A stretch of 64,000 bases of DNA from the IMG/VR virus record IMGVR_UViG_3300005529_000023, positions 32,001 through 96,000 of that record, one strand, 5' to 3'. The position numbers and the translations under genes are program-made. This document shows positions 44,491 through 53,689 of this stretch, piece after piece. This DNA comes from a virus. Numbering within the stretch: position 1 is the stretch's first letter; each line of letters begins with the position of its first letter. The notes beneath the pieces were generated by a model. It was not told the DNA's origin, made no database searches, and was given only the letters and a program-made list of their open reading frames with translations.

Positions 44491-47400
44491 GTCTCAACCA
44501 CCACGCCCTGAATGGACATGTCTTTTCTTCCGACTTTCTTTCTGAAGAAAACGGTGGCTATGCACCCTTTTTTAAACTCTTTCGGATAGACCAGTTGACC
44601 TGACTCGTACTCTGGCCACAAGACCTTTTCTGAGACATATCCATCGGCATCCAAAATGATCTTAAGTGCTCTTTTGGTTGGGTTCTTCTTGGGATATGAG
44701 AACTCTTCCGCTTTAACCACGAAACAAGTCGCGGCTACGTAGAAGTCCTTGGGAACGCTTTCTCCTGGGATCTCATCGATCCTCTTGAGTCTTTCGCCGT
44801 CCACCAGGCGAGTCTCATAACCGTTCAAACTAGTAACCGAGGGGATGATAGGGTTGCCAGTTTTCACTTTGGAGAACTTAAGTCCCAAAGCGTGCATGTC
44901 GATTGGTAGACTAGGAAGCACGGACTTTCTCATCGCAGCATCCTTGATCGGATGGAGATTCACATACTCCTCGGGGATGATTCCTTCCTTAGGAGAAGTG
45001 GATCTAACTTTCTTTCCTTCCTTAGCGGCCTTTTCGAGTTTGTCAGAGAACTTCTTCTTCTCAGCCGCATCCTCAAACATCTTCAGCTTCTCAAGCAGGT
45101 TCGTATTTGGAGGGAACAAACTGTCTAGGACACCAACATGAATTAACTTATGCGATAGAGCTGGACCAGCCACGTCTTTGTTGACGAAGTCCTGGATATC
45201 CTTGTAGGGCCTATTTTCTACGATCGGAGCAATGGTGTTCTCGCCGATACCGCGAATCACCCCTAGCTTTGAACGAATCTTGCTATGGGCATAGTCCACC
45301 GCCATGATGTCACTCGACAGATTGATGTCTGGAGGAAACACCTTGTCCTTAACGAAGGGCCAAAAGGTTCCCGTGATCTCTTGCTCTTCTGCGTTCGTGA
45401 GTACTGCAGCCCACCATTCTAGTGGATAGAAATGCTTCAGGAACATGCAGGCAAAGGTAATGTGCGCGTACTCGACGGCATGAATGATGGAGAAGCCGTA
45501 TCGACCGAAGGTCACCATTCGATCCCAAATGGCCTCTGCCGCTTCTACTCCGATCCTTTGCTTGGCACCTTCCATGAACTCTGGCTTCATATCCATGAGT
45601 TCTTTCATCTTCTTTTTGGCCATGTTCTTACGAAGTACTTCGGCTTTGGGACCAGGGAAGCCGGCTAGGTCACGCGCGATCTTGTTCAGCTGCTCTTGGA
45701 ACGTAATAATGCCGTAAGTCTCTGGTAGGAGTTCTGCAAGCTCTTTAATGTCCTGCTTGCCAGCGCCCTTACGACGTTCAATGTACTCGTCCACCATGTT
45801 ACGGCCAGTTTCTTCATCAACGAAATCCATAGGACCAGGACGAACAAGAGCCAAGATAGTTGCAAGGTCCATAATGCTAGTCGGGCAAATTTGCATAACA
45901 TAGGGAATCATCGATTTAGTGTTGATTTGGAAAATCGTCTCAGTCGATCCGCCCCACGTACTTTTGAACACTTCTGGAAGTTCTGGGAGATCCCAAATAT
46001 AGGTTGGAGTACCGTTGTGGGTGAAATACCCTACGGATTGCTTTTCTTTATGCTTCTTGTTGATCAGATCTAGGCACAAACGAATATCACGAAGCTGATG
46101 GATCACGAGGAAGTCGTACTTGATCAGGCCAGCAGCCTCACATTCTTTGGCCTCGTACTGGGTGACGTTGCCGTCTTTGACTGGAACGATGTCCTTAATC
46201 GGAACGTCCGAAAGAACGAATGCTGAAGCATGCTTCGAGAAGGCACGGGTGAGACCCATCGCCTTACTGACAATAGCCCACTCTTCTGGTCGGGCTTCCG
46301 CATATTTCTTCAGGTCATCGGAAGTCTCAAATAGGCCAGAAATGTGCTCACCGTCGCTGTCTTCATATCCAAAGACGAACTGGTGATCGTTAACGCCCTG
46401 TGGAGGCGCTGGCAGCCCTTTAGAGAAGACTTGGATGTCGTCCTCTACCTTGCCCTTGAAGTAACGATTCGTGTCAAGGATGGCACTCTTGAGGCGTATA
46501 GTGGTGCGTGTAGAGATCTGTGCGGCCCTGTCGCCGTACTTCCCATACAAGTAGCCCGAATGAGTATCCTCGCCGACAAGGAGAGTTCTCTCTTCCAAGT
46601 CCACGTCGATGTCGGGAAGCTCATTCCCCATAATACGATCTAAAGAGAAGAATCTCTGGAAGGGCAGATCGTACTTAAAGGGATCAATTTGAGTAATTCC
46701 AAGTAGATAGCAGAATAGTGAGCCTCCTGCAGAACCTCGGCCAGGGCCAACGAGAAGCCCATTTTCGGTGTAGTGATTCAAAACGCTGCGAATGGGAAGG
46801 AAGTATGGAGTCAGATCCTTCTTTGGGTTTTTCGCAATGACTTCGAGTTCTTCTCTGAGACGTGCGACATATTTTGGATCGTCCCACTTCATGCGACCAT
46901 TCTGGCGAATGATCTCCATAGCCTGCTTAAGAGGATCGGCACCAGAATCAGCGAGACGCCATTCGTACTTGAGAACCAAACCATCAAAGCGAGCGGCCCA
47001 AGCTTCGTTGTTTTTGTAGAAATCCCACTCTTCTGTCGTCGAGACGCCAAGAGTATGGATTAGATACTGGCTGATCTCCTCGGCGTCTTTCATGTGGAGG
47101 TTCGGCTGGAGTTTGTTGGTTCCTTCCAAGCGCATAGTCTGAACTATCTTATCGTCTTTATTGGCATAATAAGCGTAGTCGCTTACGAGGCTCATCAGAC
47201 CATGCTTTTTGGACAATGCCTTCAAAAATTTATTGATCTTGAGAGTAACGTCGCCACCAGGAAGAGGGAGAAAGCCTTTATGGAGCTTCACTTCCTTGAT
47301 TTCTTTGTTCACGTCTTTGTAGGTGTTGTTTGCATTCAAGGACTTCACTAGTAGGTGACCGGACTTCTCATATAAGTCGAGCGCCTTGATTCTACGAGCC

Positions 47401-48035
47401 CGATTGGTCGTAACAAAGTCATTCGAGAGACAAACATCCTTGGAGCCATCCAAGTAAATGATCTCAATGAGGCTGTTGTACTTCTTCGTCCAAGGTTCAC
47501 AGATTATCGATGTATAGAGGCGATCCTTGAAGAAGTGATGAAGCTGATTCAGAACTCTCTCTGCGAGGTCTGGAGCACCAGCAAGCATGACTTTTCCAAC
47601 CATGCAATGTACACCTCCCAAAACGAGATTGGTCTTGAACTTGGCCATATGCTCAAGCTCTTTCCAAGTCCATAGCTGCTGCTTTTCTTCGTAGATATCA
47701 ATCGTAGCCATGTCAGTGCGGCTGACAAGACGGCAGAGTTCCTTGTAAGCTTCGGCATCTTCGCAATACAAAGTCGCAGTGAAGTACTTACAGCGATTGG
47801 CCGAGGTATTTCCGATGATTGGGCAAGAAGAATCCTTAAAGTAGAACTCAATACCTGGAATGAACTTGAGTCCAGCCTTCTTCACCTTGGTATAAGTCTT
47901 AAGGCATGAAGACAAGTGCCCATGGTCGGTATACGCAAAGTGCGTGCGACCTAATTCCTTAGCTCTCTTGATTAAATTATCAATCGTGCTGCCGGTAAGC
48001 GGACTTTCGCAGTGAGTATGTGGACTAACTTTCAT
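44487..48035 (-). CDS. dnaE: DNA polymerase III alpha subunit (family C)
   Basis: PHP motifs HTH, TDHG, GIE; GPGRGSAGGSL.CYLLGITQIDP; PDIDVD catalytic motif; C-terminal OB region. Confidence 0.95.
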   Translation of the reverse strand: MKVSPHTHCESPLTGSTIDNLIKRAKELGRTHFAYTDHGHLSSCLKTYTKVKKAGLKFIPGIEFYFKDSSCPIIGNTSANRCKYFTATLYCEDAEAYKELCRLVSRTDMATIDIYEEKQQLWTWKELEHMAKFKTNLVLGGVHCMVGKVMLAGAPDLAERVLNQLHHFFKDRLYTSIICEPWTKKYNSLIEIIYLDGSKDVCLSNDFVTTNRARRIKALDLYEKSGHLLVKSLNANNTYKDVNKEIKEVKLHKGFLPLPGGDVTLKINKFLKALSKKHGLMSLVSDYAYYANKDDKIVQTMRLEGTNKLQPNLHMKDAEEISQYLIHTLGVSTTEEWDFYKNNEAWAARFDGLVLKYEWRLADSGADPLKQAMEIIRQNGRMKWDDPKYVARLREELEVIAKNPKKDLTPYFLPIRSVLNHYTENGLLVGPGRGSAGGSLFCYLLGITQIDPFKYDLPFQRFFSLDRIMGNELPDIDVDLEERTLLVGEDTHSGYLYGKYGDRAAQISTRTTIRLKSAILDTNRYFKGKVEDDIQVFSKGLPAPPQGVNDHQFVFGYEDSDGEHISGLFETSDDLKKYAEARPEEWAIVSKAMGLTRAFSKHASAFVLSDVPIKDIVPVKDGNVTQYEAKECEAAGLIKYDFLVIHQLRDIRLCLDLINKKHKEKQSVGYFTHNGTPTYIWDLPELPEVFKSTWGGSTETIFQINTKSMIPYVMQICPTSIMDLATILALVRPGPMDFVDEETGRNMVDEYIERRKGAGKQDIKELAELLPETYGIITFQEQLNKIARDLAGFPGPKAEVLRKNMAKKKMKELMDMKPEFMEGAKQRIGVEAAEAIWDRMVTFGRYGFSIIHAVEYAHITFACMFLKHFYPLEWWAAVLTNAEEQEITGTFWPFVKDKVFPPDINLSSDIMAVDYAHSKIRSKLGVIRGIGENTIAPIVENRPYKDIQDFVNKDVAGPALSHKLIHVGVLDSLFPPNTNLLEKLKMFEDAAEKKKFSDKLEKAAKEGKKVRSTSPKEGIIPEEYVNLHPIKDAAMRKSVLPSLPIDMHALGLKFSKVKTGNPIIPSVTSLNGYETRLVDGERLKRIDEIPGESVPKDFYVAATCFVVKAEEFSYPKKNPTKRALKIILDADGYVSEKVLWPEYESGQLVYPKEFKKGCIATVFFRKKVGRKDMSIQGVVVET

Positions 48036-48424
48036 GGAATTCCTTGCATAATGGGCTGGGGCCTGGCGTTACACTTCTTACAGTACGTAAACGTATCGAT
48101 GAGACCAACATATTGATCCCATTCATGTACACAGTTTTGTGGGGTTAGAAGTGCATTTCCAAAATCAATTTTTTGACATTCTTCTTTGCCATCGCTGCGT
48201 TTCACAAACCAAGGCGTAATATCTGGCGGTAAACCACCATCGGGGATATCCCTGAATGCGTCAGAACTTACAAACATGTACTGAAGCAAGGAGGAAGGAT
48301 CTTGGGTAAATCCCAAAATTTTAGTGTCAGGAGGCATTTTCTTCATCATATCGCAAAACAAACTGGCTTTCATGCCATTGCTTTGTAAGAAAGCCACACT
48401 GAAGCCTAATCGAGCGTATTTCAC
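48032..48424 (-). CDS. Hypothetical protein with C-terminal C-x-H...CxxC motif
   Basis: Overlaps both neighbours by 4 nt. Confidence 0.55.
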   Translation of the reverse strand: MKYARLGFSVAFLQSNGMKASLFCDMMKKMPPDTKILGFTQDPSSLLQYMFVSSDAFRDIPDGGLPPDITPWFVKRSDGKEECQKIDFGNALLTPQNCVHEWDQYVGLIDTFTYCKKCNARPQPIMQGIP

Positions 48425-49056
48425 TCGGCCTCCAAAAGAGAAATCAAGTCTTGAGACTGACCGCCATCCTTCTTAGATTTCATGATCTCCAGATACTTTT
48501 TGTACACATCAACAGTCATAAGCGTATCTTCTTTGGCGTTGTGTGCCGCTCTCTTTGGAAGCTGCAGGTATTCAACGATAGAACCAAGAGTTCCGAGTTC
48601 CTTGGGAAACCATCCAGCGTCCTTGAAGAAGTCGCAGATTGTCTTGGTATCGATCTTTCCATAGTGAATCATGCTATCCCACTGATCACGAGGAATAAGG
48701 TGTTGATGAGTCCAGTCGATATCGAACTGCACGTTTTGGCCAAGGGGACGAATGTTGCTGTAGCGCCCATTCTTCTTCAGATAGCGCCTTACCATTCCGA
48801 TGATCTTCTCTCGTCCAGCGGAGTAGGGAATGGTCTCGGGATCTGCTAGGTGTGCAGCGATATTGATACCGTTCACTCTCAATGCACCGGCTTCAGCAAT
48901 AGGCATTCTGTCGCCATCTGGCTTCAACTTTAGATAAAGTTCTTCAATGAGCTTGAATTCTTCGTCGAGAATAGCTCCATACCAAGTAAGGAGATCGGCA
49001 GTTGCTGGATTGAGTCCACCAGTTTCAGAGTCAAAAGCGAGATAAAATTGAGCCAT
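48421..49056 (-). CDS. DEDDh exonuclease, DnaQ/epsilon-like
   Basis: AFDSETGG, GQNVQFD, HNAKEDT; two genes from dnaE. Confidence 0.85.
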   Translation of the reverse strand: MAQFYLAFDSETGGLNPATADLLTWYGAILDEEFKLIEELYLKLKPDGDRMPIAEAGALRVNGINIAAHLADPETIPYSAGREKIIGMVRRYLKKNGRYSNIRPLGQNVQFDIDWTHQHLIPRDQWDSMIHYGKIDTKTICDFFKDAGWFPKELGTLGSIVEYLQLPKRAAHNAKEDTLMTVDVYKKYLEIMKSKKDGGQSQDLISLLEAE

Positions 49057-49340
49057 TATGGTGCGTTCCTTAAATCGTAAAAGGGTTTTGCGCGTTCCTC
49101 TACCAGAATTTCAGTACAAATATCACCGCATTCATCGCAGATAGATACGCAAGGTCCAACAATGAGTTGCCGTACCTCTTTATTGTTCTTGCCGCAAAAA
49201 GAGCAAATGAACATAAAAGTAGGTTGATGTATTTTCCCGATTTCTTCGTTGAGAAGTTTTTCAAACTCTTCTTTTGGTAACTTTTTAAGTTCTTCGAGAA
49301 CTTCTAGGGCGGCTTTTTGTACAGCGGGCGAATTGCTCAT
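49056..49340 (-). CDS. Stand-alone ClpX C4-type zinc-binding domain protein
   Basis: CSFCGK....[22 protein letters not shown] matches the ClpX N-domain; no AAA+ module. Confidence 0.85.
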   Translation of the reverse strand: MSNSPAVQKAALEVLEELKKLPKEEFEKLLNEEIGKIHQPTFMFICSFCGKNNKEVRQLIVGPCVSICDECGDICTEILVEERAKPFYDLRNAP

Positions 49341-49981
49341 CGAGACTTTTCCTCTCGGACTTCAAGAGCGCTGCCCCGAGATCCGTGAATTCCTCTATCG
49401 TAGTTTTCTACAATATTAGTCTCAAGATCGACAATTTTCAAGCAATTTTTGTACCAAACGCAAATAACGCCTGATTTCTTAGCTCCGATAAGAGTCTTGC
49501 CTTCTAAAATCGCTTCTGCTTTATCTCTCTTACTGCTCGCGCCAGTCCTGGCCTCATTGGCTAGTTTGTCGCAGCGTTCATTGTGCTCATCGCCTGTGTG
49601 ACCGCGAACATGTCTGAACTTCACACCTAGACGAGCTACCAGGAACTTGAGCTGATGATACTTTTCGATCTTATCTTGTTGCTTAAACCTGTAGCGACCA
49701 GATGCCCAACCAAGGACAAGTTCGCTATCGGAAACAAGAAAGGTTTCTGCCTTAGCTACTTGTTCAAGAGTACAGACTCGCGGAGCAGTTTCTCCAAGCC
49801 ACTTGAGGACAGAGGCAAGTCCTTGGATAGCAGCTTCCATCTCGGCGTCATTATTGGAGGCACCTTCCATGTGACCACAACACTCAGCTATCTTGATGTT
49901 GTCTACTACCATGACATATGCCCAACCGCCTGGCTTGTCCGCAGTTGTAGCGCTACCGTCTGTGTAGACTTCAATCTTCAC
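49337..49981 (-). CDS. rnhA: Ribonuclease HI
   Basis: [33 protein letters not shown]. Confidence 0.9.
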   Translation of the reverse strand: MKIEVYTDGSATTADKPGGWAYVMVVDNIKIAECCGHMEGASNNDAEMEAAIQGLASVLKWLGETAPRVCTLEQVAKAETFLVSDSELVLGWASGRYRFKQQDKIEKYHQLKFLVARLGVKFRHVRGHTGDEHNERCDKLANEARTGASSKRDKAEAILEGKTLIGAKKSGVICVWYKNCLKIVDLETNIVENYDRGIHGSRGSALEVREEKSR

Positions 49982-50289
49982 AAGGAACCCTTTCTAATGA
50001 TCTCTTTGTAATGCCTAAGATTCGCAAGATATAGGCTGTTATCGCCATATTCTTCGGCGTCCCTTTCAAGAGCCATAATGAGAAGGTCTGTGTTCCCCTG
50101 ACATTTGAGAGCATAAAAAGCGAGTCTCACAGCGGGATTCTGCCAATCACCGATGAATTTGGTAGTGTAATTGTCTTTTTGATTACCCACCATGCAAAGA
50201 AAGGGCATATCCCTTTCGTTACACTTCTTAGCTAGATCCGCGAGTACAGGAGCAACATGCTCGTCATAGAATTGCTCATTCGGGTTCAT
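49978..50289 (-). CDS. Hypothetical protein (103 aa)
   Basis: Operon packing. Confidence 0.55.
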   Translation of the reverse strand: MNPNEQFYDEHVAPVLADLAKKCNERDMPFLCMVGNQKDNYTTKFIGDWQNPAVRLAFYALKCQGNTDLLIMALERDAEEYGDNSLYLANLRHYKEIIRKGSL

Positions 50290-50497
50290 GAAGACGAACT
50301 TTCTCTTTAGGTTGTAAAATTGATTTTCTTCCTAGGACAAGTTCTAGTCCTCCAATGAGGTAAGAAACTTCTTCATTTGTGAGATATAAAACATCCCAAT
50401 CGTGCTCATATTCAATGAGAAAATCGACACCGCTTCCATCTTCCCTTTTGGTAAGAGTGATAGCTTTGCCATCGCAGTGGATAGTGATTTTATTCAT
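50276..50497 (-). CDS. Hypothetical protein (73 aa)
   Basis: Operon packing. Confidence 0.55.
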   Translation of the reverse strand: MNKITIHCDGKAITLTKREDGSGVDFLIEYEHDWDVLYLTNEEVSYLIGGLELVLGRKSILQPKEKVRLHEPE

Positions 50498-50711
50498 TTT
50501 CTATCATGTCCTTTCTAAGCAACTTGATAGCGTCTTCGTAAATGGCATGAACCTCTTCTTCAGGGATCATCAGCAATCGCGCTATCACGCTATCTTCTAC
50601 GCCTTCAGGATTTTTTGCAACAAATTTCGATAAGGAATTAGAACATTTTGGACAACGGATGTAGTCCTCTTCCTCACGAACTCGCTTTTGCAGTTCGTCT
50701 TTGTCAGTCAT
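50490..50711 (-). CDS. Stand-alone sigma70 region-4.2-like HTH protein with a CxxC
   Basis: GVEDSVIARLLMIPEEEVHAIYEDAIKLLRK fits the region-4.2 pattern; GGAGG RBS before the ATG at 50711. Confidence 0.6.
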   Translation of the reverse strand: MTDKDELQKRVREEEDYIRCPKCSNSLSKFVAKNPEGVEDSVIARLLMIPEEEVHAIYEDAIKLLRKDMIENE

Positions 50712-51084
50712 CTTTCCTCCCGAAATTCGCATGAAGCACATTGTCGTCTCCCTTTTTGAGCTTCTCGATCTCTTCCTTGATCTTAGCTACAGATGCCTCT
50801 ACTTCAGCCTTCGCTTTATGATAGTGCGCTCTATCGTTCTGTAGAGCGGTCGCCCTTAGTCTGGTTTTCTTCAGATCTTCTTTGGCCTTCTTGTACTCCG
50901 AAGCAATGGGAATAGTGCTGCTATTTTTCAAGCACTTTAGATTTTCTTCTAGAGTGTCTTCTAAGTTGGAAAGAGTATCTAACTCTTTATCCAGGCCAAC
51001 AATAGATGAATGGACCGTATGTAGCCTGATCTCCGCGTCCTTGACGGCACGGTCCAACTTCGCCAGATCTTCTAGCCTTCCCAC
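50704..51084 (-). CDS. Coiled-coil hypothetical protein
   Basis: Heptad-rich sequence. Confidence 0.6.
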   Translation of the reverse strand: MGRLEDLAKLDRAVKDAEIRLHTVHSSIVGLDKELDTLSNLEDTLEENLKCLKNSSTIPIASEYKKAKEDLKKTRLRATALQNDRAHYHKAKAEVEASVAKIKEEIEKLKKGDDNVLHANFGRKDD

Positions 51085-51096
51085 TGATGCTCCAAG

Positions 51097-52728
51097 TTAT
51101 TTTAAACGCCATTTGCCATTGAAGGAGTTGATCATTTGTCTACATCCATTAGGGTAAGTAAGAATTGAACTATGCACCCAATCAGATGGACCTTCGTTGT
51201 AACTCAGTTTCAGGTAGCTAGACGTGCCTGCCTGCCATGCACCACGAAGGATTTCTGGAGAATGAGCATGTCCTGTATTTGACTTTCTATAGGACTTTTC
51301 CATTCCCCTAATGTTCCCACGACTACCCTTTGGCCCCTTATGGCCGTGCGCCCCATGCTGGATACCAGCGATGAAGTAGTCCTCGTCCATGGAAAGCCAA
51401 CGAATCTTGCTCTTGTTCTTCAGGCCGTACATTGTTTCCGCAGCAAACTGAAGTGGGTTGTGCCCATCTTTCATCGCCTTGGCTAAGTCTACGCCGATGG
51501 AGTAGTTGTTAGCGTCCTTAGTCCACCTACCGTGATCTAGCCAACGATCAAGAAAGAGATCGTGATTAGACTTCACAACATCGACTTCTTCCACGTTAGG
51601 GAAGTTGGAAAGCATGTCTAAGTCTTTAGTGAACTGTTTGAGTTCACTTTCCAGATTAAGCAAACCCTTCTGAGCAAGAATAGCTCTACGAATCTGTCTA
51701 TCTTCCTCGTGATGGTTGATGCTCAGGCCATTGAAACCATCGTGAATGAAGAGTCTTTTCGGTTTGACAAGATTACAGACTTCCTTCCATGCCTTTACGG
51801 CCGTAGGATCAGTCTCACCTGAGTGCCAGTCGCCCATTGTGAGGCTTTCAGCGTACATCTTCGTTACGGTATCGCCGAGATAGTAGTCGCCAAGGTCAAC
51901 GAATCCACCTTTGTCATCGGCTTGGATCTGCCTGAAGTGGTAGATATCATCATTTTCGATCTCTACAATGATAGCGCCGACAACATGGTCAAAGTTTGCT
52001 ATGTAAGCAGTTCTCTTACACATATAAGGACTGCAAATTACGTCATCATTGATGTCAAAGTACCTAGGAATAGTAGCTGCACCAGTAGTCATTTCTGCGT
52101 GAGGATTTTTGACGTTACTGACGGGCATGAACTTCAATCTTTGCTTCGGAGAAGCGTAGATGAAAGACCCATTTCCCTGACCAATACGATCCAGGCCGGT
52201 AGTGGGGTCAATTTGTTTGGCACTTAGCTCGATTGAGCACAAAAACAGATTTGAATTCAAGGCGACATCGGCAAAAACAATGGAATCAACCCCAAACTTA
52301 GGGTCCAGGTTCCAACTTCCAGCTGAGGCAGGATCTGCGCAAGGTAGAACTAGTAACTTGGCCTTCTTTTTCTCGCAGAAAGTTTGAATACTATCCAAAA
52401 ACATAGGGTGCGCGGGGCATCCAACTACGCCGGAAGTAATGACAAATCTTTTATGTTTCTTGATGCTCTGTTTGAGAGCTTCGAGGTTTTTCTCAGTGAA
52501 AATGTTGGAGTCGATGACATGGCTGAAAGCCTCGGGGTCATTGTCCGCTGCCCACTCCCGGGCCTTTTCTCTGAGTATGGTTAGATTCGAGAAATAGTGA
52601 CGAAGCTGGTCTCGACTCCAGCCTTTTCTAGATAAATCGGCTCTTCCAGGATACATGCCCGTCACTTTGACGAAGGCGATGTAGTCCTGGATAAGCTTAA
52701 TATGGTTTTCTGTTAGTTCCATAATCAT
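51097..52728 (-). CDS. Calcineurin-like metallophosphoesterase with N-terminal extensions
   Basis: GDWH, HDG, SNHD, HGH, GHAH motifs. Confidence 0.75.
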   Translation of the reverse strand: MIMELTENHIKLIQDYIAFVKVTGMYPGRADLSRKGWSRDQLRHYFSNLTILREKAREWAADNDPEAFSHVIDSNIFTEKNLEALKQSIKKHKRFVITSGVVGCPAHPMFLDSIQTFCEKKKAKLLVLPCADPASAGSWNLDPKFGVDSIVFADVALNSNLFLCSIELSAKQIDPTTGLDRIGQGNGSFIYASPKQRLKFMPVSNVKNPHAEMTTGAATIPRYFDINDDVICSPYMCKRTAYIANFDHVVGAIIVEIENDDIYHFRQIQADDKGGFVDLGDYYLGDTVTKMYAESLTMGDWHSGETDPTAVKAWKEVCNLVKPKRLFIHDGFNGLSINHHEEDRQIRRAILAQKGLLNLESELKQFTKDLDMLSNFPNVEEVDVVKSNHDLFLDRWLDHGRWTKDANNYSIGVDLAKAMKDGHNPLQFAAETMYGLKNKSKIRWLSMDEDYFIAGIQHGAHGHKGPKGSRGNIRGMEKSYRKSNTGHAHSPEILRGAWQAGTSSYLKLSYNEGPSDWVHSSILTYPNGCRQMINSFNGKWRLK

Positions 52729-52746
52729 CCTTTGGTTATTGGATGA

Positions 52747-53346
52747 TTACTGCTGTGCAGCTGGTTGATCCGCCTGTGGAGCCTCTTGCGCGGGAGCCGG
52801 TGCGGCCTCAGCTGGGGCAGCTTCTGCGGCTGGCTGAGGAGTTTCTGCCTTCGTGATGTCGTACACTTCGGCAACCTGTAGACGATACTGCCCTTCCTGA
52901 ACTTGCGTCGTCTCGCCAACCTTGAGTCCGAGGATCTTCTCGCAAACCAAAGGATTGGTTGCCTTGAGCTGAGAGTACACGAACTGATAGCGAGGGTTGA
53001 CGATTGTTCCGTCGTCAGCGATCTCGCGAAGAACTACGAAGGAGTTGTCCGTGATCTGTTCAGCAGCGGACATGAAACCTTGGGCTACCCAATTCTTTAC
53101 CCTGTTCGACATCTCTTCGACGTTATTTTCAATCATGATCTTGCGAATCACATCGTCGTTGATTGGCTGTTCAGAGGAAGCAGCTTTTACGATCGAATTG
53201 ACCTTATTGTCGAGAACCTTCAGGATATCCTTGATGGTCATGACATCGCGAACTAGGTTATCCATCGTTTGAAACAGCGAGATAACTCCCTGTTCTAGAT
53301 CCCTGATCTTTTCAGACGCGCTACGATTATCGGTTTTATTTGACAT
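52747..53346 (-). CDS. Hypothetical protein: coiled coil + GreA/FKBP-like C-terminal segment
   Basis: NPLVCEKILGLKVGETTQV resembles the GreA C-domain motif SP....LLG..VGD. Confidence 0.4.
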   Translation of the reverse strand: MSNKTDNRSASEKIRDLEQGVISLFQTMDNLVRDVMTIKDILKVLDNKVNSIVKAASSEQPINDDVIRKIMIENNVEEMSNRVKNWVAQGFMSAAEQITDNSFVVLREIADDGTIVNPRYQFVYSQLKATNPLVCEKILGLKVGETTQVQEGQYRLQVAEVYDITKAETPQPAAEAAPAEAAPAPAQEAPQADQPAAQQ

Positions 53347-53360
53347 GCAATTCTCCTTGA

Positions 53361-53678
53361 TTAGTTTTCGACTTCTTCGCTACCGCGAAGGGCCTGAATT
53401 AGAGTTCTTGTTCTACCGATAGCCGCAGCTACGGAGGTACAACTTCTGTTTAGTGAGGAATCTAGTCCGCTCTTTGGTTCCAGCTTTTCGTTGGAATCCT
53501 GGTGACCATAGCCAAGAATGATGGAATCGAGCGTGTCAAGTTCATTATGTAGATCACTTAGAAAATCTTCGATTTCCTCGGCAGTTTTCATAATCGGCCT
53601 AGCCTTTGGAATTGCCGTTAAATTTTCACAGCTATTGGACTTCGGACTTACCTTATCTCTCATTTTGTTTTCCTTCAT
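53361..53678 (-). CDS. Hypothetical protein (start may be 53663)
   Basis: AAGGA RBS precedes the second ATG. Confidence 0.5.
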   Translation of the reverse strand: MKENKMRDKVSPKSNSCENLTAIPKARPIMKTAEEIEDFLSDLHNELDTLDSIILGYGHQDSNEKLEPKSGLDSSLNRSCTSVAAAIGRTRTLIQALRGSEEVEN

Positions 53679-53682
53679 ACCT

Positions 53683-53689
53683 TATATCA
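53683..53689 (-). promoter_or_regulatory. TGATATA motif
   Basis: Its TGA is also the upstream stop codon, so this copy is weaker evidence. Confidence 0.3.

Noticed and set aside
44487-48035. Functional intein in DnaE
   Set aside because: The insert lacks the block-A start, the TxxH and the terminal His-Asn/nucleophile; total length is that of a normal DnaE.
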